64,000 nucleotides of DNA, taken from NCBI GenBank assembly GCA_022820365.1, contig JAJEFO010000115.1:4634-68633 (forward strand), given 5' to 3'. The notes below the pieces were generated by a model. It had not been told where the DNA came from. It was given only the letters and a program-made list of their open reading frames with translations, and did no database searches. The position numbers were made by a program, and so were the translations under genes. This document shows, piece after piece, positions 56,916 through 64,000 of the stretch; the first letter of the stretch is position 1; each line of letters opens with the position of its first letter. Origin of the DNA: Silicimonas sp. Lineage in GTDB: Bacteria; Pseudomonadota; Alphaproteobacteria; Rhodobacterales; Rhodobacteraceae.

Positions 56916-58280
56916 ATGTCAGTTCCAACGCTTCAGGACAAGGTCGACGAGGCCGGCGACCCGCTGGCAATGCTCAGGAACGCGCCCTCTGGCCCCTACC
57001 AGTTCCCGATCAAGGCGGAATTCACGAATTGGCGGGACGAGCAGGAAGCCTGGCGCCAGGGCGCAGTTTTGTTCGACCAGTCATTCCACATGACGGACCT
57101 TTACATTGAAGGGCCAGACACTAGGCGGCTTTGCGAATTTCTCGCGGTCAACTCCATGGCAAATTGGCGGCGCGATATCGCCAAGCAACTCGTTCTCTGC
57201 ACGGAAGACGGCTACCTTGTCGGCGACGCGATCATCTTCATCCTGGAGGAAGAGAAGGTTAACATCGTCAACAAGCCCATGAATGCCAACTGGGTGATGT
57301 ACCATGCCGAGAAACATGGATTTGACGTGGAGCTCGATCTGGACTCCCGCGCTCTCGACAACAAGGGCCGCCGCAAAGGATACAGGTTCGAAGTTCAGGG
57401 CCCGAACGCCTGGGAAATCCTGGAAAAGCTGAACGGCGGGCCGATTGAGGGCTTCAAGTTCTTCGGCATGGGAAAAATCAACGTTGCCGGTCGCCGCGTC
57501 CGGGCCCTGCGCCACGGCATGGCGGGTGCCGCGGGGCTGGAACTCTTCGGTCCCTTCGAAGACTATGATCGGATCCGCGACGCGATCCTTGAAATCGGTG
57601 CAGCCGAAGGCCTTCTCGCAGCAGGTTCCAAGACCTATTCGACCGTCGCCCACGAAAGCGGCTGGTTTCCTTCCCCGCTGCCGGCGATCTACACCGGCGA
57701 AGCGCTCGCCGACTACCGCAAGTGGCTGCCGGCCACGAGCCTCGAAGCCAACCTGTCCCTTGGCGGCTCGTTCATCGGATCCTCGGTCGAGGATTACTAT
57801 CTCACCCCGTACGACATTGGCTATGGCCATATCGTCAAGTTCGACCATGAATTCATCGGCCGCGACGCACTGGAACGACGACAGGAGGAGCCACACAGGC
57901 ACAAGCGCACCCTGCTCTGGTCAAAGGACGATGTCGTCAGGATCTTTGCGTCCCAGCTCGGCGACGGCGAGCGATACAAGTTCATGGACATGCCGGCCTC
58001 CCACTACGCAACCTGCCCCTACGACGACGTGCGGAAGGGCGGGAAGCCGGTCGGGATCTCCCACTATCCGGTCTACACCTCGAACGTGCGAAACTGGATC
58101 TCGCTCGCGCTGCTGGACGAATCGGCAGCAGACCCGGGAACAGAAGTTGTCCTCACCTGGGGCGAACCCGGCGGTGGCTCTGACAAGCCTACCGTGGAAC
58201 ATCATGCCCAGACGACGGTCGCTTGCACAGTCGAGCCCTGCCCCATCTCCGTCTCGGCGCGCGAGACATACAAGGCCTGA
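56916..58280 (+). CDS. Aminomethyltransferase (GcvT)-family, LigM/DesA-like tetrahydrofolate-dependent aryl O-demethylase
   Basis: EFTNWRDEQEAWRQGAVLFDQSFHMTDLYIEGPD is the N-terminal pattern I associate with vanillate/3-O-methylgallate O-demethylases. The protein is 454 aa. The start is at ATG 56916 (SD gggaga). Confidence 0.7.
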   Translation: MSVPTLQDKVDEAGDPLAMLRNAPSGPYQFPIKAEFTNWRDEQEAWRQGAVLFDQSFHMTDLYIEGPDTRRLCEFLAVNSMANWRRDIAKQLVLCTEDGYLVGDAIIFILEEEKVNIVNKPMNANWVMYHAEKHGFDVELDLDSRALDNKGRRKGYRFEVQGPNAWEILEKLNGGPIEGFKFFGMGKINVAGRRVRALRHGMAGAAGLELFGPFEDYDRIRDAILEIGAAEGLLAAGSKTYSTVAHESGWFPSPLPAIYTGEALADYRKWLPATSLEANLSLGGSFIGSSVEDYYLTPYDIGYGHIVKFDHEFIGRDALERRQEEPHRHKRTLLWSKDDVVRIFASQLGDGERYKFMDMPASHYATCPYDDVRKGGKPVGISHYPVYTSNVRNWISLALLDESAADPGTEVVLTWGEPGGGSDKPTVEHHAQTTVACTVEPCPISVSARETYKA

Positions 58281-58284
58281 CGGC

Positions 58285-59109
58285 ATGACGGGAGCCTACG
58301 ACCTTCCCGGAGACACGCCCGGATTTGCCGAGGCTCAGGCCGAGATGTCCGAACGCTCGCGGGAAGCGGCGACCATCCCCGGCGCACAATTCAATGTCGC
58401 CTACGGTCCGCATCCGAGACAGCGACTGGACATGTTTCCCGCCGGCTCGGGCACACCTGCGCTTCTGTTTTTTCGAGGCGGGTACTGGAGGCTTGGCGAG
58501 AAAGAAGACCGGCGCTTTCCGGCAAGTGCCTGGGTGCCGCGTGGCGTGACGTGGATCGTTCCGAACTATCGTTTGGCACCAGAGACATCTTTGCCCGACA
58601 TCGTGGAAGATGCTAAAGTCTCGCTGGATTGGGTCATCTCCAATGCCGATACCCACGGGATCGACGTGACCCAAATCCATCTCATCGGCAATTCCGCCGG
58701 GGCGCATCTTGCAACGATGGTGGCCACACGATTCCCTCCCGAAAGAATCGCCTCGCTCACGCTCGTCTCCGGACTCTACGATCTATTGCCTCTCCTCGAC
58801 GAAGAGCCGAACAACTGGCTCAACCTGAATGTCGGATCAGCCCGTGCCATGAGCCCCGTGCACCATCTCCCGCGATCTGAACTGCCGGTCACGGTTTGTT
58901 GTGGCGGAGCCGAGACCGAAGCTTTCAGGCTGCAGTCCAGCGAATTTGCTGAAGCCTTGCGGGCAAATGGCAATCCGGTCGACCACTTCGAGAGCCCGGG
59001 CCGAAATCACATGGAAATCATCATGGAGACTGGCACACCGGGAACTCCGGTCTTTTCGGCATTGGAACGGCATCTGGAAGAAGGCCGGATTCCTCACGAA
59101 GGCCAGTAA
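58285..59109 (+). CDS. Alpha/beta hydrolase (esterase / arylformamidase-like)
   Basis: Nucleophile elbow GNSAGAH, oxyanion region FFRGGYW, His near the C-terminus (GRNHME). The ATG lies 4 nt after the demethylase stop. Confidence 0.75.
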   Translation: MTGAYDLPGDTPGFAEAQAEMSERSREAATIPGAQFNVAYGPHPRQRLDMFPAGSGTPALLFFRGGYWRLGEKEDRRFPASAWVPRGVTWIVPNYRLAPETSLPDIVEDAKVSLDWVISNADTHGIDVTQIHLIGNSAGAHLATMVATRFPPERIASLTLVSGLYDLLPLLDEEPNNWLNLNVGSARAMSPVHHLPRSELPVTVCCGGAETEAFRLQSSEFAEALRANGNPVDHFESPGRNHMEIIMETGTPGTPVFSALERHLEEGRIPHEGQ

Positions 59110-59123
59110 CACCCTGTCGGGCG

Positions 59124-59160
59124 GGCGGATCCGAAGGCGCGAATGAGAGTTCGGGCCGCC
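59124..59160. terminator. Imperfect hairpin between convergent genes
   Basis: GGCGGATCCGAA..(loop)..TTCGGGCCGCC forms ~10 bp with one bulge, between the hydrolase stop (59109) and the GMC stop (59177). Confidence 0.3.
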
Positions 59161-59176
59161 TTGAAGCGCTGACGTT

Positions 59177-60799
59177 TCAGGAGGGCACTGCGGTTCGACC
59201 GTTCATGGTAGCGTCCTCGATGATCATGCCGCTCGCCTTTTCCGCGATCATGTTCACGGCTGCATTTGTGTTGCCTGAAACAATCGTTGGCATCACGGAG
59301 GCGTCGATCACCCTCAAGTTGCGGATTCCCCTGACCCGGCATCGCTCGTCCAACGGACCCTCCGCACCCATGGCGACTGAGCCGACGGGATGGAAAATGG
59401 TCGTGACCCGGTTCCTGATTTCTTCCAGGAGCGCGTCGTCACCCTGTGCCGCAAGTTCAGTCCCAGGCCAAAGCTCCTCTTCGATCTGCCCCTTGATCGG
59501 CTCAAACCTGCAGATTTCCCGCGCGCGGTGCAGCCCTGCGACAATCGTCCGGCGGTCTCGCTCTGTCGCCAGGTAGTTTGCCCGAATGGACGGCTGAGCC
59601 AAGGGGTCTGGGGATGACAACCTGATCTCCCCCCGACTTTCCGGACGGATCGGACAAATCGAGATCGAGAACCCCGGAAACCGGTGGAAACCTTTCGCGG
59701 GGTTGTCGCTTGACCAGGGCAGCACGTGAAACTGGATGTCCGGCCGGTGAGATTCCGGGTGGCTCCTCAAGAACGCGAAGACTGGCGCCGCCCCCATCGT
59801 GAGCGGCCCGGATCGCGTGAAAGCATACCTCAACCCCATCCAGAACTTCCCGTGGACCGAGTTCAACGGCTGATTCAGAGTCGGGTTTCGAACTCGATAT
59901 GTGTTGTGGAACTTCAAATGATCCTGAAGCCCCTTGCCAACTCGCGGAGCGTCCAGATTCGGAGGAATCCCGAACTCTGCAAGTTCCCCTGCCGGTCCGA
60001 TCCCTGACAGCAACAGGAGATGCGGCGATCCGACCGCTCCTGCACAAAGCAAGATTTCGCCCCGGCAGGATACCCGATGCATGGCCCCATTAATCTGCAA
60101 ACGCACAGCGGCGGCACGACCCTCCGCAATTTCGAGCCCGAAGACATATGCGCCGGTCACAACCTTCAGATTCCGCCGCCCTCGGATCGGATCAAGGTAA
60201 CCATGCGCAGCACTTACCCGGCGACCCCGCCAAGTGGAGGTCTGGTAGTAACCGACGCCTTCCTGCTCTTCCTCATTGCAATCGGGATTCATCGGCAACC
60301 CGGCCGCAACCGCAGAGGCCATAAACTGATCCGTGATCGGAAACCGGACCCGCACGTCAGACACGCCGATCGGGCCGTCCGCCCCGTGCCATTCATTCGC
60401 ACCCCGCTCCTGCCGTTCCATCTTCCTGAAATAGGGAAGCACTTCATCGAAAGACCATCCCGGCACCGCCATTCCCCATTCGTCGAAGTCCTGCCGTTGC
60501 CCGCGGACATGGACGAGTCCGTTGATCGCCGAGGATCCTCCCAACCCCCGTCCACGCGGCCAGGCAAGGCGGCGCCCGTTCAGATGCGGTTCTCGATCGG
60601 TTTGCAGGCACCAGTCGTATCGCGGGTCGCCCATGGTCTTGAAATATCCGATCGGCACCCGGATCCACGGGTTCCGGTTCCGACCTCCGGCTTCAAGCAG
60701 CAGGACTCGGCTGGACGGATCGGTGCTCAGCCGGTTTGCCAGCACGCATCCTGCGGTTCCGGCTCCAACCACGACATAGTCCCAGTCGCCCTCGATCAT
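59177..60799 (-). CDS. GMC-family FAD-dependent oxidoreductase
   Basis: DYVVVGAGTAGCVLANRLS, GGSSAINGL, C-terminal HPVGSVAMG. Confidence 0.85.
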   Translation of the reverse strand: MIEGDWDYVVVGAGTAGCVLANRLSTDPSSRVLLLEAGGRNRNPWIRVPIGYFKTMGDPRYDWCLQTDREPHLNGRRLAWPRGRGLGGSSAINGLVHVRGQRQDFDEWGMAVPGWSFDEVLPYFRKMERQERGANEWHGADGPIGVSDVRVRFPITDQFMASAVAAGLPMNPDCNEEEQEGVGYYQTSTWRGRRVSAAHGYLDPIRGRRNLKVVTGAYVFGLEIAEGRAAAVRLQINGAMHRVSCRGEILLCAGAVGSPHLLLLSGIGPAGELAEFGIPPNLDAPRVGKGLQDHLKFHNTYRVRNPTLNQPLNSVHGKFWMGLRYAFTRSGPLTMGAAPVFAFLRSHPESHRPDIQFHVLPWSSDNPAKGFHRFPGFSISICPIRPESRGEIRLSSPDPLAQPSIRANYLATERDRRTIVAGLHRAREICRFEPIKGQIEEELWPGTELAAQGDDALLEEIRNRVTTIFHPVGSVAMGAEGPLDERCRVRGIRNLRVIDASVMPTIVSGNTNAAVNMIAEKASGMIIEDATMNGRTAVPS

Positions 60800-60811
60800 C
60801 CGGCCAACCCG

Positions 60812-61375
60812 TCAGATGAAATGCGGCACCTCTTTCTGCGTGGGCCCCACGGAGTACCTCGGTCTGGGTCTTGCGTCGCCCCAACGATCGGCATCCAGCA
60901 ACTGCAAATGCACCGTGTTGCTCAGTTCGCGTCTCAAGGCAGGATCGGCCAAGGTCACCTCCGTTGCCTCAGCCTGCATTGTCCGCACGAGCATATAGCC
61001 GCGCGGCAGGGCGTCTCCTGCGCCTCCAGCGGCGGCAACCAGATCCGAAGGCAATTCGATGTCCGCAAGCGGAACGCCGTTCAGCGTCACCTCGCCGACA
61101 TGATCATCAAGATTGCTGAGCCGCCAAGCGGCGCGCGCGGCGATGACGAGGCCGTTTGAAATGACAAGTGCAGGCAGGATCAGCGCACCGCCGCCAAGAG
61201 CCATAAGTGCATAAGCCGGTCGGGAAGAGGCATCCGCCCCGACCTCTTGCCAGCAGCTGTGGGTCAAGAGTCCGAGTGGCTGCCTCTTTCCTTCGACCAG
61301 CAGGCAGTCGACAACGATGTCCGGTGTCGTGATCTGGCCTTCAGGTCCGGTGACATGTGGTTTCAAAAGGAACAT
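60812..61375 (-). CDS. Hypothetical protein with one central TM segment (187 aa)
   Basis: The start at ATG 61375 is supported by the SD gaggag 7 nt upstream, which overlaps the BNR gene stop. The TM segment is AYALMALGGGALILPALVISNGLVIAA. I recognise no family. Confidence 0.55.
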   Translation of the reverse strand: MFLLKPHVTGPEGQITTPDIVVDCLLVEGKRQPLGLLTHSCWQEVGADASSRPAYALMALGGGALILPALVISNGLVIAARAAWRLSNLDDHVGEVTLNGVPLADIELPSDLVAAAGGAGDALPRGYMLVRTMQAEATEVTLADPALRRELSNTVHLQLLDADRWGDARPRPRYSVGPTQKEVPHFI

Positions 61376-61386
61376 CAGCACACTCC

Positions 61387-62361
61387 TCAGACCGGTGCCC
61401 ACGTGATCATGCGAATCTCGCCCAGCTCACGCTTCATCTTCTGCCAGCTTTCGCCGCCGTCAATGCTCTTGAAAATTTGCCCAAAGATCGTGGCGGCGAA
61501 GAGCAGGCCTGTATCTGCAGCATTCGTCCCGATGGACCAGATCGTGGAATTTGCCGGATGTGACATCTCGCATTCCGCCCAGCTCTCGCCAAAGTCCTTC
61601 GAGATCAGCAGTTGCCCAGCCTCACCTGACGGCTTGTCGCCGACCGAAGCGATGACGGTGTCGGAGTTTTCCGCCGGTTGCTTGAGCGAACGAAAGTAAT
61701 CCCACTTTGCCTTCGGTACGACGAGTTGCTCCCAGGTGGCGCCGTTGTCGTCTGACCGGTGAACCCCGTCTTCGGTCGAGCACAGCACGGTACGACTTCC
61801 GTCTTCACGGTCGCGGAAGACCAGATCATGAGTGTCATTGTCGTGCAGGCCGCGGATGATCATTTCCCAGGTCCGTCCACGGTCCGTTGACCTGAACACT
61901 CCATCGATCTCCACCGTTATCCAGATGGTGTCGTCGTCCTTCGGGTCAAAGTGGACCGACGTTACCCTCGATGTGTTGATGAACCAGCACTCCGTCGAGG
62001 CATCGAGGTTCGAACGCATCCAGGTCGCGCCGTTGTCTTCGGAGATGAAAATTTCAGCAGGTCTCGTCCCGCAGACGATGCAGTTCGGGTCAACGGGGGA
62101 TTGCGCGATCTTCAGGATGTGAAGCTCTTCCATTGGTGAAGGGACATGGTCGAACCGCTTGGATTCCTTGCTGAAGCGATAGAGACCCTGATCGGATCCG
62201 ACGAGCAATTCGCCCGGTCGAGCGGAATGGGTGCAAATTGCCCATGTGCGCGCCTCGTTGTAAAATCCACCGGTCGGGGTCAGAAGACGGTTCCAACTGG
62301 CACCTTCGTCCTCGCTGAACCAAACGCTTTGCATTGTGGCGGCATACGCCTTGTAGGACAT
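61387..62361 (-). CDS. BNR/Asp-box repeat beta-propeller protein (sialidase/Ycf48-like fold), no signal peptide
   Basis: Six Asp-box motifs: SEDEGASW, SEDNGATW, STDRGRTW, SDDNGATW, SKDFGESW, SIDGGESW. The start is at ATG 62361 (SD gaggggga). Confidence 0.8.
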   Translation of the reverse strand: MSYKAYAATMQSVWFSEDEGASWNRLLTPTGGFYNEARTWAICTHSARPGELLVGSDQGLYRFSKESKRFDHVPSPMEELHILKIAQSPVDPNCIVCGTRPAEIFISEDNGATWMRSNLDASTECWFINTSRVTSVHFDPKDDDTIWITVEIDGVFRSTDRGRTWEMIIRGLHDNDTHDLVFRDREDGSRTVLCSTEDGVHRSDDNGATWEQLVVPKAKWDYFRSLKQPAENSDTVIASVGDKPSGEAGQLLISKDFGESWAECEMSHPANSTIWSIGTNAADTGLLFAATIFGQIFKSIDGGESWQKMKRELGEIRMITWAPV

Positions 62362-62382
62362 TTGATCCCCCTCAGACACTCG

Positions 62383-62403
62383 TGCCCACTATGGTCCCAC
62401 TAG
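62383..62403 (+). promoter_or_regulatory. Tandem direct repeat TGCCCACT-atg-GTCCCACTAG (site C)
   Basis: Lies 21 nt upstream (coding sense) of the BNR gene ATG, with the same phase and orientation as sites A and B. Confidence 0.5.
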
Positions 62404-62748
62404 CGTTCATGTCAATGGTGCATCCGCCCTCGCTGCAAAAATTCGCGCTGTCTTGAGGGAAACAAGCATCGTACGACAAATACGGCTCGCTACAGCATCC
62501 GCGCAATTGCACGCATCTGCCATGCACTTGAATCCATTCATGGCTCTGGCATCAAGAGCTTCTACAAGGATAATGCGAGCCGGTTTGAAGGCGTGATGAA
62601 GTCCAGACCGTCCACGAAACCAATGCCTTGCAGCAATTTGCCGAGAAGAGCATTCTTGAGTGACGGAGACGAGCGAGAAGCCTTGACCATGCAGTGCCGC
62701 TTCACTACCGCGTATGCTGTCTGAGTTGGCGCACAAGGGAACCAATCA

Positions 62749-63741
62749 ATGGTGATCGCACCATATCCAGCAGGACGCTTCCGGCGTACACGGCGAACGG
62801 AGGCGCTTAGGCGACTGGTTCGCGAGAGCACGCTTTCCGTCGATGACCTGATTTGGCCCGTGTTCGTGCGCGAAGGCATGGATGACGAAACGCCGATACC
62901 TGCAATGCCTGGCGTTACGCGGCTGACTGTGGACCGGTTGGTCAAGTCGGCGCGTGAGGCCGCGAGCGCGGGCATTCCGGCAATTTGCCTGTTTCCGTAC
63001 GTCGACGCTTCTTTGAAGACCGAACAGTGTGAAGAGGCATGGAACCCGGAAAACCTGTCGAACCGCGCCACGCGCGCCCTCAAGGATGCCGTGCCGGGAA
63101 TCGCGGTCATGACCGACGTGGCACTCGACCCGTACAACGTCAACGGCCATGACGGCATCGTGCGGGACGGAGAAATCGTGAACGACGAAAGCGTGGAAGC
63201 CCTTGTCCGGATGGCGGTAGCTCAGTCCAAGGCCGGAGCCGACATTCTCGGTCCGTCTGACATGATGGACGGACGCATAGGGGCGATGCGGCAGGCCCTG
63301 GAAGCCGCTGGCCACCAGGGCACGTGCATCCTGAGCTACTCGGCGAAATATGCGAGCGCCTTCTACGGTCCGTTTCGCGACGCAGTTGGAGCGTCTGGGC
63401 TGCTTGTTGGCGACAAGAAGACGTACCAGCTCGATTCCGGAAATTCGGATGAAGCGCTGCGGCTGATCGAACGTGACCTATCCGAGGGCGCGGACATGGT
63501 GATGGTCAAGCCGGGATTGCCGTATCTGGATATCTGCCGCCGAGCATCGGACGCTTTCGGCGCCCCCGTCTTTGCCTATCAGGTTTCTGGCGAGTACGCG
63601 ATGATCAAGGCTGCAGCCGAGAACGGATGGATAGATGGTGACAAGGTCATGATGGAGAGCCTTGCTGCCTTCAAACGGGCCGGCTGCGCTGGCATTTTGA
63701 CATATTTTGCCATGGATGTTGCTCGGGCACTTGCGCAATGA
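62749..63741 (+). CDS. hemB: Porphobilinogen synthase (delta-aminolevulinic acid dehydratase)
   Basis: ..RRTRRTEALRRLVRE..DDLIWPVFV.. ..GADMVMVKPGLPYLDI.. ..YQVSGEYAMIKAA.. Confidence 0.9.
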   Translation: MVIAPYPAGRFRRTRRTEALRRLVRESTLSVDDLIWPVFVREGMDDETPIPAMPGVTRLTVDRLVKSAREAASAGIPAICLFPYVDASLKTEQCEEAWNPENLSNRATRALKDAVPGIAVMTDVALDPYNVNGHDGIVRDGEIVNDESVEALVRMAVAQSKAGADILGPSDMMDGRIGAMRQALEAAGHQGTCILSYSAKYASAFYGPFRDAVGASGLLVGDKKTYQLDSGNSDEALRLIERDLSEGADMVMVKPGLPYLDICRRASDAFGAPVFAYQVSGEYAMIKAAAENGWIDGDKVMMESLAAFKRAGCAGILTYFAMDVARALAQ

Positions 63742-63936
63742 ACGGCAACGCCGAACGGAAACCAGGGAGTTTCCAGCCATTGCCTGCAGTGCGAGCGACG
63801 ATAGGTGGCGGCGCGTGCCCATGGCGGCTTCCGGGATCTGCATCCGGCGGAACGGGCAGGCGCGTCTCGTCGTTCACACTCACGCGGACTGCAGAATCAT
63901 CTTGCCCCTTTGGACAGGAATGCGGATAGACCCCGC

Positions 63937-64000
63937 ATGCTGAAGACCCGGGTCATACCGTGCCTGGACGTGGCCGACGGCCGAGTCGTGAAGGGCGTGA
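63937..64000 (+). CDS. hisF: Imidazole glycerol phosphate synthase cyclase subunit, 5' end only
   Basis: MLKTRVIPCLDVADGRVVKGV is the canonical HisF N-terminus. The gene is truncated by the window edge. Confidence 0.8.
   Translation, partial: MLKTRVIPCLDVADGRVVKGV

Noticed and set aside
1-64000. CRISPR arrays, long tandem repeats, rRNA genes, prophage or integrase genes
   Set aside because: I found none while reading both strands. The only repeated elements seen are the short motifs reported above. A computational repeat scan could still reveal dispersed repeats that I missed by eye.

Overview
This is a 64-kb, high-GC (roughly 60% by eye, not computed) chromosomal segment of alphaproteobacterial type. 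I call about 55 protein genes, one tRNA-Leu(CAA) and one decayed IS5-family element. I saw no rRNA and no CRISPR array. Housekeeping genes (trmFO, gyrA, class II DAHP synthase, gmk, phoR-phoU-phoB, tsf, rpsB, mfd, hemB, the 5' end of hisF) are interleaved with five accessory modules. (i) A sorbitol/mannitol locus in the same gene order as Rhodobacter smoEFGK-smoS-mtlK, plus a LacI-type regulator, a PfkB kinase and an extra Zn-dehydrogenase. (ii) A GMC-oxidoreductase/SIS/ROK amino-sugar-like operon whose HutC-type regulator is a multiply broken pseudogene. (iii) An SNF2-helicase/SWIM-zinc-finger gene pair next to an orphan HATPase_c_4-like gene. (iv) A ~13-kb string of 12 tightly coupled minus-strand genes: an ABC importer without an ATPase gene, an isochorismatase-like hydrolase, a CrtI-like flavoprotein, a crotonase, a tautomerase lacking Pro1, an SDR, an ALDH, an NDP-forming acyl-CoA synthetase, an unknown 468-aa protein and RidA. 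It is divergent from a LigM-like THF-dependent O-demethylase and an alpha/beta hydrolase. (v) A cluster of a BNR-propeller protein, a small membrane protein and a GMC oxidoreductase. The strongest unexplained signal is a tandem direct repeat, TGCCCACT-N3-TGCCCACTAG, with 11-bp phasing. It occurs three times in one orientation, 21-33 nt upstream of minus-strand start codons, and links modules iv and v into one putative regulon. Other notable points are a pstSCAB deletion scar between phoR and phoU, a ~160-aa acidic tail on ribosomal protein S2, and an unusual number of gene remnants. All functional calls come from reading motifs in the translations and from gene order. No database search was run.
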